Positions 43,203 to 53,478 of a DNA stretch of 64,000 nucleotides are shown here, in pieces. Source of the stretch: Actinomycetota bacterium. Its GTDB lineage: Bacteria; Actinomycetota; Acidimicrobiia; IMCC26256; BP-133. The notes under the pieces are model-generated. The model saw only the letters and a program-made list of their open reading frames with translations, was not told the origin of the DNA and did no database searches. The stretch covers positions 192 to 64,191 of the forward strand of contig JBFLYK010000036.1 in the NCBI GenBank assembly GCA_040756995.1. The letters are read 5' to 3'. Numbering within the stretch: position 1 is the stretch's first letter; every line of letters starts with the position of its first letter. The translations under genes were made by a program, and so were the position numbers.

Positions 43203-44122
43203 GGCGTGAGCCCCGGGGTGGTGGTGAGGCGGCTGAGAAAGCCAGCCACCGCAGCGGTGAAGGCGTCGTTGTGGTCGCCGGCCACCATGTGGCCTGCCTC
43301 CGCCACGGTGACATGGTCGGCGTGGGGGACGGCGGTGAGGAACTCGGCGACTCCGTGGTCGCTGGTCACGTCGCTGCGGCCTCCCCGGATGATGAGGGTT
43401 GGTACCTGCACCCGTCGGGCGGCGTTGGTCAGGAGCCGGTTGATCTCTTCGGTGCGCTGCGTGAGGCGATGGGGGTCGTCGGCGGCCAAGTCCCGGAGGA
43501 CTGTGGCGAAGCGGGGATCCCATCGCCACCGCCACCGTCCATCCGGGCTCTGTCGCAGGACCCGGGTCAGGCCCTCGAGGTTCCCGCGGGCGGGGCGGTC
43601 GGGGAGGTAGCGGGTGATGACGGCACTGGCTTCCTCCAGGGACCTGAACCCATCGAGATGGGCCGCCATGAACGCCAGCACCCGCTGGACGCCGTTGGCC
43701 TCCAGCTTGGGAGTGATATCGACCAGCACCAGGGCACGGTACAGCTGGTGGGGGGCGCCGCCTTGGGCCACCAACGCGGCCAGGCCGCCGAGGGACGCCC
43801 CGACGACGACCGGTGGTTCCCCGAAGCTGTCGGTGACTGCCGCCACGTCGTCGGCGAACGCCTCCAGTGTGTAGGCAGCGTCGCGGGGCCAGTCGCTGTC
43901 GCCATGACCCCGCAGGTCGGCGGCTACCACGTACCAGCCGCTGCCGGCCAACGCCTCGGCGGCTACTCCCCAGGCGTGGCGGGTCTGACCCGCCCCGTGC
44001 AGCATCACCACCGGCGGAGCCTTGGGATCTCCCCAGGCCTCTCCCGCCAGCCGAAGCCCGCCGGTTCCCGAGAACCACGCGGGCCGGGAGACCAGCTCAC
44101 CACGGTGGTGGTCGCCGCTCAC
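43199..44122 (-). CDS. Alpha/beta-fold hydrolase
   Basis: PPVVMLHGAGQTRHAW, nucleophile elbow VVGASLGG and C-terminal GHMVAGDH. GTG 44122 is preferred because codons between 44122 and the ATG at 44206 have low GC3. Confidence 0.8.
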   Translation of the reverse strand: MSGDHHRGELVSRPAWFSGTGGLRLAGEAWGDPKAPPVVMLHGAGQTRHAWGVAAEALAGSGWYVVAADLRGHGDSDWPRDAAYTLEAFADDVAAVTDSFGEPPVVVGASLGGLAALVAQGGAPHQLYRALVLVDITPKLEANGVQRVLAFMAAHLDGFRSLEEASAVITRYLPDRPARGNLEGLTRVLRQSPDGRWRWRWDPRFATVLRDLAADDPHRLTQRTEEINRLLTNAARRVQVPTLIIRGGRSDVTSDHGVAEFLTAVPHADHVTVAEAGHMVAGDHNDAFTAAVAGFLSRLTTTPGLTP

Positions 44123-44270
44123 GAGCTTCCCCACAGCCTCGGATCGTCCGGCATCTCCACCTCTCGCCCAGCAGTTACCATCTTTAGCCGTCGCATCTAG
44201 ACCCATAGTCTAGAGCGATCGCCTCAAAACGAGAGGATGGGTTCTTGGGAGGTGACCTCCCAAGAACCCG

Positions 44271-44786
44271 GTGAGGTCGTGGATGGGTTTGACGGAGTGG
44301 GGCGCGGAGCGGCGGGCGGACGACGACGCGCTGTTCCCGCATCTGTCCCGGGTGACCGGCCTGCCGCCACTCGTGGCCCAGGCTGCCTTTGACGGGGTGC
44401 GGCGGGAGCGGTGGCGGCCCGGCAATCCGGCCCGTTGGGAGGTGACGGTCCCTGGTGGTCGGCTCGAGCTCCACGGCGACGGACAAGTCGCTCCGCCCCC
44501 TCGGCCCGGCTACTGGTCGTACCGGGACGTCCCCGGCCTGATCCGGTCCCGCTGGGGGCGGGTGGTTCCGGTCCGCGTCGAATTGCTGCCGTGGTCGGAT
44601 GTCCGCACGGCCTTGACCCTGACGGTGCGGGGTCCACGTTCAGGGGTCACAGGCGCGTACCGGCGGATTGGGGACGCTGCACTGGACGTGTTGTCCGGTG
44701 ACCTTGAGGCCTGGCCGTTTCGTGAACTGCACGACGTGGAACCATCGCGAGGACTCGCCCTGCCCCTCACGAGCGAATGGACGTGA
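44271..44786 (+). CDS. Hypothetical protein
   Basis: GC3-rich 171-aa ORF. I recognise no family. Confidence 0.5.
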   Translation: MRSWMGLTEWGAERRADDDALFPHLSRVTGLPPLVAQAAFDGVRRERWRPGNPARWEVTVPGGRLELHGDGQVAPPPRPGYWSYRDVPGLIRSRWGRVVPVRVELLPWSDVRTALTLTVRGPRSGVTGAYRRIGDAALDVLSGDLEAWPFRELHDVEPSRGLALPLTSEWT

Positions 44787-45403
44787 GAGCCAGTACTCCG
44801 CCCACAGCCCCCGAACCTGCCGCCGGCGGGGTTACCCTTGTTCGACCGCGTGACGGTGCCGCCCGTGGGCTACTCCCCAGACCGCCGGTCGAAGTGGGCT
44901 GTTCCTGGCGTGAGCGCATTGTGGCGCCCCTGGACATGGTCTGGGCCGAGCTCACATTCGATGCCGTCCTCGCTCCGCTGGCGAACGTCAGAGCCGATGT
45001 GGCTTTGGGCGATCGGCGGGCGTGGGTGGAATTGCGTCTGTCCTGGGGGCCGCTGACATGCACGGTGGCTGGACCCGCCGCCTTCGGCCGGATCCAACCG
45101 ACCGGGCATGCGTTCCTGTTGCTCAGTCTCCCCGCCCTCGATCTGGACTACCGCTGCGCCTTCGACCTCACCGCGGCCGGCGCCGACGTCACCAACCTCC
45201 GCTCTGAAGGACAGCTGCGGTGCGGCCACCGATACATCCGGCGGTGCCCGGGGTTGCTCGCCACGCTGATGGAAGATCACCTACGCGCCGTAAGCACCAC
45301 CACAAGCCAGCGGGCGCAACGGCGTTACCAGGCGCAGATCAGGCTTGGAGGCCTCGACAACCGATTCCACATGCGGAGGACGTTCTGCGAAGCGCAGGCG
45401 TAA
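44777..45403 (+). CDS. Hypothetical protein, possibly SRPBCC-like
   Basis: A 10-nt overlap with the previous ORF. RERIVAPLDMVWAELTFDAVLAPLAN resembles the SRPBCC N-terminal pattern. Confidence 0.45.
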   Translation: MDVRASTPPTAPEPAAGGVTLVRPRDGAARGLLPRPPVEVGCSWRERIVAPLDMVWAELTFDAVLAPLANVRADVALGDRRAWVELRLSWGPLTCTVAGPAAFGRIQPTGHAFLLLSLPALDLDYRCAFDLTAAGADVTNLRSEGQLRCGHRYIRRCPGLLATLMEDHLRAVSTTTSQRAQRRYQAQIRLGGLDNRFHMRRTFCEAQA

Positions 45404-45659
45404 CAGGAGCGGAGCTCCCCGCCGAAGCCCGAGAACGCATGGCCTGACCCGCTTTGGCCTGAAACGGGGCGCCGAGCCGAAGCAGCGCTCGCCGCCGGGG
45501 CGGCCGGCTGAAAGCCAAGGGGACGTGAGTCCTCGAACGGATTGAGCCGCGAACTCGCACGAGGGAAGCGACCACCGACAAGTAGCGGTCGGGGACGGCG
45601 GCGACGGACAGCACGAAGCCGTGTCGACGACGATGATCGACTGGGCGGCCACCGCCGCC

Positions 45660-46165
45660 TTAGAGGTCGCTGAGGGCGTGGTCGTGGTCAGCGAAGACGG
45701 GGGTGACGCCAGCGTCGGCGAGCTCTTCGCGCAGCTCTTCGGCGTCGCGGGCAAGCAAGGTCGCGACTGGCCCGATCCCGAGGCGTCCCTTGCGGTAGCC
45801 GTCGAGGAGGCGCTGTTCGACACGAACCGGGGCCCGCCTGGTGGTCACGCCGGCGACCCATTGACCGAAGTCGACGCTGCGGCCGACAGAGGCGAAGAGG
45901 CACCCGGTGCCGGAACAGAGCTGGCCCCGTTCGTCTTCGGTGATTGCCCTCAGTTTGTGGAGCCGGTTGAGCATAGCCTCCCGGCTCACCCCGAAGGCCA
46001 CGAGAGCGTCGACCAGCACCGCCTCGGTAACCGGGCCGTCCCCGATGAGGCGGCGGAGCCCGGCATGAGCAGTTCGCTGGCGAACGCGTCGCAGCGCCGC
46101 TCCATCGCCGGGTCCGACCCGGCGCCCTCGACGACCACCTCAACCGGGTCGTCGAAGAGGTGATG
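45660..46165 (-). pseudogene. ImmA/IrrE-type metallopeptidase remnant (5' truncated, frameshifted)
   Basis: EAHHLFDD...ERRCDAFASELLMP in one frame, then ...VLVDALVAFGVSREAMLNRLHKL in another. It begins directly after the MFS stop with no start codon. Confidence 0.55.
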
Positions 46166-46169
46166 GGCC

Positions 46170-47774
46170 TCAGGTCATGGTGGCAGGAACCTGACCGCTG
46201 GGGGTCCGCGGGTCGAGGGACGGGTCGGTGAGGTCGAGGGTCTCGTCGAGGAGGTCGTGGTCGACGGCCTTGGGGGTGCGGGTGAAGACGAGGACGGTCA
46301 TGGCGGTCAGTGCCAGGGTGGCGACGGTCATGGCGATGCCCCAGCCGTGCATGAAGGCGCGGCGGACGGCGTGGGCCATGGGAGCCCCGGCCTCGCCGAG
46401 GCCGGCGGCGGTGTGGAGGCCAGCGGCCACGGAGTCCTTGGCCAGGCCGGTCAGGTCCGTGGGGATGGCCTCGGAGGCGGCGATGCGGGCCCGGTAGGGG
46501 CCGTTGAACGCCGAGCCGAGAGCGGCGATGCCCAGGGCGCCGCCGAGTTCCCGGGAGACGTCGTTGATGGCGGAAGCCACGCCCTGTTTCGCGGCGGGCA
46601 GCGCGCCGACGATGGCAGCGGTGGCGGGAGTGGCGGCGAGGCCGAAGCCGGCGCTGATGACGAGGAGCCCGGCGCACAGTTGCCAGTAGCTGCTGGCGGC
46701 GCTCATCGGGACGAGGAGCAAGGTGCCCATCGCGCTGATGGCCATGCCCAGGGCGCTGATGCGCCCCCGCCCGTAGCGGCGGGCCAGCGGCTCGGCCAGC
46801 AGGGCGGTGGGGACGCACAGAGCGCCCAGGGGGGCGAGGGCAATGCCGCTGTCGAGTTGGCCGTAGCCGAGCACGTAGGAGAGGTACTGCACGGTGAGGA
46901 ACATGGCACCGAAGACGGCGAAGAATTGGGTGGCCACCACCACGGCGCCGGCGGCGAAACCCCGGTGGGCGAAGACCCGCACGTCGAGGAGCGGCCGGTC
47001 ACAGCGGAGTTCCCAGCGGACGAAGCCGGCGGCGGCGGCAATCCCGATGGCCAGGCCCGCCAGGGTCAGCCCGTCACTCCAGCCCCGCACCGGGCCTTCG
47101 GTCACGCCGAGGACGATTCCCCCGACGGCCGCCGCGGACAGGACGGCGCCGGCCGGGTCGAGATGGGCGTGGGCGGGATCGGCCGTGTTGGGGACGAAGG
47201 CGGCGGTGAGGACCAGCGTCACCACGGCGACGGCGCCGGTGGCGACGAACACCGATCCCCACCAGTACGACTCGACCAGCGCCCCGGAGCCGATCAGGCC
47301 GACGATCCCGCCGATGGTGGCCGACGCCGCCCACAGGGCGATCCCCAGCCCCCGCCGGGTAGCGGGAAACACGGCAGTGATGGTCGACAGGGTGGCCGGA
47401 AAGACCAGGGCCGCGCCGGCCCCGGCCAGCATGCGGGCCGCCAGGAGCTCGCCGGGGCTGCCCGACGACGCCCCCCAGGCCAGGGCGGCCAGGAGCACGA
47501 CGAGACCGGCCAGCATCATGCGCTTGCGGCCGAAGCGGTCCCCGAGCGCCCCGCAGGGTAGGACGAGGGCCGACAGGGCCAGCGCGTACCCGTCGATGAT
47601 CCACTGCAGCTCGGCCTGGTCGGCGCCGAGGCCGAGTCCGATGTCGGGCAGCGCCAGGTTCAGGCTGGTCATCCCTCCGACGACGAGCATGACCGCCAGA
47701 CACGTCGGAACGAGAATCACCTCGGCGCGCCGGGGGGTCACCGGCCGGGGCACGGCTGGTTCTCGAGACGGCAT
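46170..47774 (-). CDS. MFS transporter, DHA2 (14-TMS, EmrB/QacA-like) type
   Basis: LNLALPDIGLGLGADQAELQWIIDGYALALSALVLPCGALGDRFGRKR and about 14 hydrophobic segments. ATG 47774 is preferred over the 709-aa ORF start. Confidence 0.88.
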   Translation of the reverse strand: MPSREPAVPRPVTPRRAEVILVPTCLAVMLVVGGMTSLNLALPDIGLGLGADQAELQWIIDGYALALSALVLPCGALGDRFGRKRMMLAGLVVLLAALAWGASSGSPGELLAARMLAGAGAALVFPATLSTITAVFPATRRGLGIALWAASATIGGIVGLIGSGALVESYWWGSVFVATGAVAVVTLVLTAAFVPNTADPAHAHLDPAGAVLSAAAVGGIVLGVTEGPVRGWSDGLTLAGLAIGIAAAAGFVRWELRCDRPLLDVRVFAHRGFAAGAVVVATQFFAVFGAMFLTVQYLSYVLGYGQLDSGIALAPLGALCVPTALLAEPLARRYGRGRISALGMAISAMGTLLLVPMSAASSYWQLCAGLLVISAGFGLAATPATAAIVGALPAAKQGVASAINDVSRELGGALGIAALGSAFNGPYRARIAASEAIPTDLTGLAKDSVAAGLHTAAGLGEAGAPMAHAVRRAFMHGWGIAMTVATLALTAMTVLVFTRTPKAVDHDLLDETLDLTDPSLDPRTPSGQVPATMT

Positions 47775-47803
47775 CCCACCAGTCCTTCCTCGCCGAAGAT
47801 ACA

Positions 47804-47816
47804 AGACATTATGTCT
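47804..47816. promoter_or_regulatory. Perfect palindrome AGACATTATGTCT in the MFS/TetR divergent region (putative TetR operator)
   Basis: 6-bp arms around a central T, in the only AT-rich stretch between the divergent genes. Confidence 0.5.
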
Positions 47817-47873
47817 CATAGCGGAAGGGCCGGGCGACCCCGAACGAGGCTGGCCGTCGGTACGATCCACGAG

Positions 47874-48524
47874 ATGCGGCAGGAGCGGGGCGAACCCGCC
47901 GCCCCGGGGACCCAAACCGACGCCCGAGTGGAACGCACCCGGGCGGTCGTCCTGGCCGCGGCCCGGAACCTGCTCCTCGAGGAAGGATGGGACGCGGTGA
48001 CCCACCTGCGGGTGGCGGCGGCCAGTGGGGTGGCCCGGGCCACCGTGTACCGCCACTGGCCGTCCTGCGCCGATCTGCTCCATGACGTCCTGCGCCGGGA
48101 AGCGGAGATGAGTCATAGCCGCCCCTCCGGCCGGCTCCGCCCCGACCTCGTCGCCGAAGCCGACGCCCTCCGCCGCCAGCTCGGTACTCCGGCCCTGGCC
48201 GGCGTCCTCGCCGTCCTCATGGAACGATCCCTGCACGACCCCGAACTGGCCCGGGTCAAGCGCAGCGTGGTGGCCGAGATCTCCCGGGTGCTGCGCCAAT
48301 GCCTCCGGGACGGCATCGCCGACGGCGACCTCCCCGCCGCACTCGACGTGAACCTCGCCGTCGCCCAGCTCTTGGGCCCCTTGCTGTACCGGCGGCTGAT
48401 GTCCGCCGAACGCTTCAACCCCGCCGTCGTCGCCGCGGTCGTCGATTCCTTCCTCTCGAGCCCGGTCCTACCATGGAAGCCGACCCCCAAGCCTGGCAGG
48501 CGGGACCGGAGCGAAAAGACCTAA
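47874..48524 (+). CDS. TetR family transcriptional regulator
   Basis: HTH VVLAAARNLLLEEGWDAVTHLRVAAASGVARATVYRHW. ATG 47874 (MRQERGEP) is preferred because ATG 47811 sits inside the palindrome. Either start is possible. Confidence 0.8.
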   Translation: MRQERGEPAAPGTQTDARVERTRAVVLAAARNLLLEEGWDAVTHLRVAAASGVARATVYRHWPSCADLLHDVLRREAEMSHSRPSGRLRPDLVAEADALRRQLGTPALAGVLAVLMERSLHDPELARVKRSVVAEISRVLRQCLRDGIADGDLPAALDVNLAVAQLLGPLLYRRLMSAERFNPAVVAAVVDSFLSSPVLPWKPTPKPGRRDRSEKT

Positions 48525-48581
48525 CCCAGATCCCCAGCCTCCCGTTCTCCGTATGGCGGCGCCCTTCGGCGGCCCGGCTCC

Positions 48582-49972
48582 TTGCCAGCGGTCCGGCGTC
48601 CACGACCGTCAGTGGCCTTCGTCGACCGGGAACCTGGTCCGGGCCAGTTCGTGTTGACCGGGTGCTCGCGGCGACCTTTCGCCGGTCGTTACCCCGAGGT
48701 CCATGGTTGCCAGTGCGGCGGTCGGTTGATCCAGGCCGGATTGTCGGAAGCAACGGATCGATGGCGCTTCGAAGGGGTTCTCGACATCACCTGCCTCTAC
48801 GAGGACACCAACGAACTCCTCTTGCCGACCATCGCCGAGCGGGCCCGGTCAATCGAGCAGCGCCTTCTGGAGCAGGCCCCGCCCCGTGAGCGGGCCCTGC
48901 TCGACGATTCCTGCGGGCCGCCCGGCGCTCGAAGGGGCCCCGTCGCGTCCCTCAACCAGGATGTCGTCATCAGCAACGCCGCCGCGGCACGGCGGCTCGG
49001 GCCCGTCGACCACCCCCGCTGTGGGAGCACGCCGCCGCCCTCGCCGGCGGCGACGACGTCGGCGCCGGCGGGCACCACGGCCAGGCTGGCCGCCGGGGTC
49101 GGGCCGCGGCCGGCGGATCGGTGAGGGGGAACCCGGTCGGGGTGGTCATCGAGCTCCAGGATCGCGACCGGGACCCCTGCGCGGCGCTCGACGTCACCCG
49201 GGCCGGCCACGGGCGCGCCGGCCGGGGCCCGGCTCGCCGCCAGCTGTGCGCCGCGGTGCGAGAGCACGCCGGGCATCGCCTACCGCTCCTGGTCGCCGGG
49301 GAGGCGGGGACCGGCAAGCTCGCCGTCGCCCGGGCGGTCCACGAATGCGCCGCCCCGGCGGAGCGGTTCAAGGTCATCGACGTCGCCCTCTGTGGCGGAG
49401 GGCGCCGGGCGGTGGTTGCGCTCGATGCAGGGCCGGCTCGGCTCCCCGGGCGGGACCCTGATCGTGTGCCACGCCGAGCTGCTCGACCACCGAGCCCTCC
49501 TCGCCCTGTGCAGCCAGCCCGACACCCCAACCGGCCGGCAGGCGCCCCGGGCGATCGTCACCCTGACGTGGACGGTGAGCGGAGCCGAGACGCCGCCGCG
49601 GTGCTGGCCGGTCGGTTCGTGGCCAGGATCGACGTGGCCCCCTGCGGGACCGGCCGGAGTCTCAGGCCATCCCCACCGAGCGCAGCCCGAACCGGCCCCG
49701 AACAATCACCCCGAAAGACGGTCATCCGGCCCGCCAACATCCAGGGCGGCCAGCGATCGGAGGCCACCGGGATGGCGGTGGATGTCGACGACGAGGCCGC
49801 CGTTGCATCCGGAACGCAGTCCGACGTTGGCGGAGGGCCAGCGGTGCCCGGTCGATCAGGCGGGCAGGACCGGCGTGAACGGCCCGGCGTGACTCCGTCA
49901 CAGCAGAGATGGCCGTGCAGGTCGCCGCCATGTCATCAGTCGCACTGCCTGACCGTCACATATCGCCCGTAG
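48582..49972 (+). pseudogene. AcoR/MimR-like (GAF + degenerate sigma54-type AAA+) regulator remnant, multiply frameshifted and truncated
   Basis: FEGVLDITCLYEDTNELLLPTIAERARSIEQRL, then LLVAGEAGTGKLAVARAVHE in another frame, then GGTLIVCHAELLDHRALLAL in a third. There is no C-terminal HTH before the IS110 element. Confidence 0.55.
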
Positions 49973-49974
49973 CA

Positions 49975-51700
49975 GCCGCCTGTTCAGGCCTGATTTCCTA
50001 TGTGGGATCTCCTGTCAAGTAGTCCGTGTCCTCGAACCTGTGTTCGGCAAGTTGACTGGGCGGCGGCGCGGCGCCGACGATGCTGGGTGGGGAAGGTCGC
50101 CCCGTTCGCCTGTGCCTCGAGCACGTGGCTTCGAATGTCCTGTGAGGACTTTCTGGGGGGCCTTCCCCTTCTTGTGGCGTCGACGAGCCCGGACGTCAGG
50201 GGGGACGGTCCACTGGGCGGCGATGATGGCTTTGGCTTCTTCGGGAGTGACGGGTTTGCCGTCGTTGTCGCAGACGACGTAGGGCATGCCTCGGTCCATG
50301 ACTGCCCAGGCCCGCTCGGCCAGGTTGGCGGCCACGACGCAGACGGCGCCGAGGTGGTCGTTGCCGCGTTCGACCATCTGCGTCCAGTAGATCCGGGCGA
50401 GCTGCGGGTCTTGGCGGCGGGCGGCGTCGGCGGAGCGGACGAAGGTGGTGCGCAGCAGCGACGACCCGGCTTTGGACATGGCCTGGCCCTTCCGGTGGCT
50501 GTCGCCGGTCTCACTGGCCTTGGGGGCCAGGCCGGTGAAGGATCGGAACTGCTTGCCGCTGGCGAAGCGGTGCGGGTCGCCCATGATGGCGACGAGAGCG
50601 GGACCGCCGACTTCGGCCACGCCGGGGAGGCTGCGGGCCAAGGCGCCGGGGTCGACCCAGCGGTAGCAGGCTTCACGTTCGCGGGCGTGGGCGGCGAGCT
50701 CGGCCTGGGTGGCCCGCAGGAGCCTGACTTCGCTGGCGACCTCGGCGGCCAGATCGCTGAAGGCGACCGCGGGGTCGTCGCCGTAGAGGTCGAGCGCAGC
50801 CCGGGCGGCGGCCAGCCACTCGGTGGCTCGCTCGGTGCCTTGATGGTTCTGCGATGCCTTGGCGATCACCGCGGTCAAGCGCTTGATCCCGACCCGGACG
50901 AGCTGGCGGGGGTCAGCCCACCGTTCCAGGACGGCCAGGTCGGCGGTGCCGAGCGGGCCGGCCAGCGGCGACATCGGCATCAGCTGTCGTGCCAGGTCCT
51001 TGATGCGCACCTTGTGCTCCGCCGCCATCCGGGCCAGCCGGTCGGTGGCCCGCACCCGCCGGTCCAGCGCCGCCTGCTCCGCGCCGGGCAGGACCAGCGG
51101 CTGGAGCCCGGTCGGGTCCACCAGCGGCAGCCGGGCGAGCGTGTCGGCGTCGATGCCGTTGGTCTTGGCGTGGCGGGACAAGAACCGGCGCAGGTCCGCC
51201 GCCTTGGCCGACGACACCCGGTGCACGACATGGCCCCGCCGGATAAAGAACACCGCTATCGGCTGCCACGCCGGCCCGGTCGGCTCGACCACTACCTCAA
51301 GGCGCGTCCCCTCCGGGCAACCCGCCAGCGCCGCCTGTTCCACCTCCCCCAAGCTCTCCACGGTCGGCCACGCCTTCCGCTTCGCCACCACGTTCCCGTT
51401 GCCGTCGAGCACCCGCACCGTGTGCGCGCTGGCAATGCCCAGGTCGATCCCGACCAGGCGCCTCTCACTCATCTCGTCTCCCTTGGTCGCCGTCCGTTCC
51501 ACCGGCTCGCCCGCAAAGGCAACGACAACAGGCCACGGTCCCAAGGAAGACACGCCCAACCAGCGGCTCCCACTCATGTGCTGCAAACGGGCCCGGCCTC
51601 CAAGGACCGGCCCACTTTCCTCATCCGGGGCATCCGTGGCCGGGCCGGGTATGGCAATCAGACCTACGAGGCGAGACCCTCACGGGCCACCCTCAGAACG
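49975..51700 (-). mobile_element. IS110-family insertion sequence (boundaries approximate)
   Basis: Contains the IS110-type transposase gene. This family lacks obvious terminal inverted repeats, so I could not fix the ends. Confidence 0.55.
50015..51472 (-). CDS. IS110-family transposase
   Basis: N-terminal DEDD/RuvC-like LVGIDLGIASAHTVRVLD...VVVEPTGPAW and C-terminal Transposase_20-like LTGLAPKASETGDSHRKGQAMSKAGSSLLR. ATG 51472 (MSERR) is preferred. Confidence 0.9.
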   Translation of the reverse strand: MSERRLVGIDLGIASAHTVRVLDGNGNVVAKRKAWPTVESLGEVEQAALAGCPEGTRLEVVVEPTGPAWQPIAVFFIRRGHVVHRVSSAKAADLRRFLSRHAKTNGIDADTLARLPLVDPTGLQPLVLPGAEQAALDRRVRATDRLARMAAEHKVRIKDLARQLMPMSPLAGPLGTADLAVLERWADPRQLVRVGIKRLTAVIAKASQNHQGTERATEWLAAARAALDLYGDDPAVAFSDLAAEVASEVRLLRATQAELAAHAREREACYRWVDPGALARSLPGVAEVGGPALVAIMGDPHRFASGKQFRSFTGLAPKASETGDSHRKGQAMSKAGSSLLRTTFVRSADAARRQDPQLARIYWTQMVERGNDHLGAVCVVAANLAERAWAVMDRGMPYVVCDNDGKPVTPEEAKAIIAAQWTVPPDVRARRRHKKGKAPQKVLTGHSKPRARGTGERGDLPHPASSAPRRRPVNLPNTGSRTRTT

Positions 51701-51919
51701 CCTTTCGACGCCACCCCCCGGACCAGCCGGGATGACCATGCAACCCTGGGACCACGGACCGGTGGTGGATCCACCGTGCCGGTGTCCCTTACATGAACGG
51801 ACAAGACCGGCCGGATTTCTTTGCCCGTTCAGGGCGGCGTTCAGACCGCCGTCCAGAACCGCGTTCAGAGCCTCCTCGGATCCTCCGCCGCAGGTCAGCC
51901 CACCTGCCAGGAGGTCCCG

Positions 51920-52630
51920 ATGCCCCAGCTCCTCGACCGGCTCTATGACGAGTGGCTCCACCTCGCCCGCTCCCCCCGCGCGGCCCGGACGCTGGCCGGG
52001 TGGGCCTCCGACCCCGCCCTGGACGGTTTCTCCGGCCTTGAGGAGGTAGTGGCCGAGATCCAGCATCGAGGCCGGCCAGCGCACAGCGACCGGATCCTCC
52101 TCGCCCTCCTCCGCCGGGCCGCCGTCGACAACCTCGCCGCCCAGATCGTCCTCCAGGCCCTCATGCCGGGACTGAAGTCGTTGATGTCCGCCTACCGGCT
52201 GACCGGCGACCCCGAGGAGGTGGCCACCGCCGTGGTCGAGGCCGCCTTCGAACGGATCCGGCGCTACCCCTGCGACCGCCGCCCCGCCCGGGTAGCCGCC
52301 AACCTCCTCTATGACACCCGCCAGGTCCTCTGGCGCACCAACCGCCGGGAGCACCGCCTCCGCCTGGCCACCGAGCCGCTCACCGACCAGCTCCTGACCG
52401 CCACCTGCGGGCCACAGGCGCAATCGGCGACCGACGAGCTCGTCGACCTTGTCGCTGAGGCCGTGCGCCGCGGCCGGGTCCGGCCTTGCGGGGCCCGGCT
52501 CATCCTCCTCACGCGGGTCCTCGACGTTCCCATCGAGGAACTCGCCCACGAGAGCGAAACGAAGGCGCTCACTCTGCGGAAGCGTCGTCTGCGGGCAGAG
52601 GCGGCGCTGGCCGCCAGTTCAGCGGCGTAA
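51920..52630 (+). CDS. Hypothetical protein, weakly sigma-70 region2/region4-like
   Basis: GC3-rich 236-aa ORF. VVEAAFERIRRYP and the C-terminal LLTRVLDVPIEELAHESETKALTLRKRRLRAEAAL resemble sigma/HTH segments. The assignment is weak. Confidence 0.5.
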   Translation: MPQLLDRLYDEWLHLARSPRAARTLAGWASDPALDGFSGLEEVVAEIQHRGRPAHSDRILLALLRRAAVDNLAAQIVLQALMPGLKSLMSAYRLTGDPEEVATAVVEAAFERIRRYPCDRRPARVAANLLYDTRQVLWRTNRREHRLRLATEPLTDQLLTATCGPQAQSATDELVDLVAEAVRRGRVRPCGARLILLTRVLDVPIEELAHESETKALTLRKRRLRAEAALAASSAA

Positions 52631-52846
52631 CGGCGAGCGAGTCGGTCACCCCCTGCTTCGAGCAGTGCCAGCCTCGGACGGACTCGCTCTCGAGGACCCG
52701 AGGTAGAAGGGCGGCTCCCACGAGAGGGCACTCGAAGAGGGCTCAGAACTTGGAGCTGTGGACGCCGGAGTAGTCTCGACTACCCGGTGCGGCGGGCGAC
52801 CAAGAGCATCTTCGTTCTCCGTTCCAGGGCAGCGCGAGCTTGAAGA

Positions 52847-53092
52847 CCGACTCCGGAGGGGTGACCGCCGGAGCGGGTGGCCGATGGGAACGCGTCGTCG
52901 ATGTCGCCGGCGTGCCGGTCGTCGTAATGGTGGGCGGTGCCGTCGTCGTCGTGATGATTGGAGCCGCCGCCGTCGTGGCGGTCGACGCAGGGGCCGGCGC
53001 GTGGACGTTGTGACGGTGGACTCGGTACGCCAGCTCCTCACGATCAAGGCCGACTCCTCGGGATTCCGCCGCAGCCCCACGGCAACGCCGAC
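52847..53092. repeat. 245-bp dispersed repeat, copy 2 (partner at 5721-5965)
   Basis: Collinear with copy 1, including the flanking GCCGACTC words and the triplet-periodic core. Confidence 0.8.
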
Positions 53093-53478
53093 CCACCGCT
53101 CGCTGTTCGTCGCCATCGACTGCCTACTGGCCCGTCACCCGCAACGGCCTTCATGAGGACGGCCAGCCCGGCGCCCCTGGCCGTCCTCCGCAACGGCATC
53201 GCCGTCCTCTGCACCGAACTCCGCGACTTCGTCAAGGGGGCGACGGTCACCTCGAGGTAGTTCCCCGAGCCCAGAAGGCGGCCGGGCGCCTGAGGGTTCC
53301 GGGCCGCTTCCGGGTCCCCATGGCGCGCTGATGGCGCGACGTGACGAGAACCAATGGCGACCAACGCGAATTACTGCGATGTTTTTTCGCAGGTCAGAGC
53401 CATGACGGTGGCGAAGCCGCTGGTCGGGACCGCTGCCTTGATAGAAGTACAAGTTCTGCCACGGGCGCTGAGGCGGCA

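Noticed and set aside
42549-44078. 509-aa and 304-aa minus-strand ORFs (42549-44078, 42400-43314) read as single large proteins.
   Set aside because: Only the C-terminal parts carry real signatures (the TetR HTH and the Cys-rich peptide). The N-terminal parts are Arg/Pro-rich shadow frames overlapping the hydrolase gene.
45688-46818. 376-aa minus-strand ORF overlapping the MFS gene and the ImmA-like remnant.
   Set aside because: The translation is extremely Arg/Pro/Gly-rich and out of frame with the MFS transporter, which has a convincing TM pattern.
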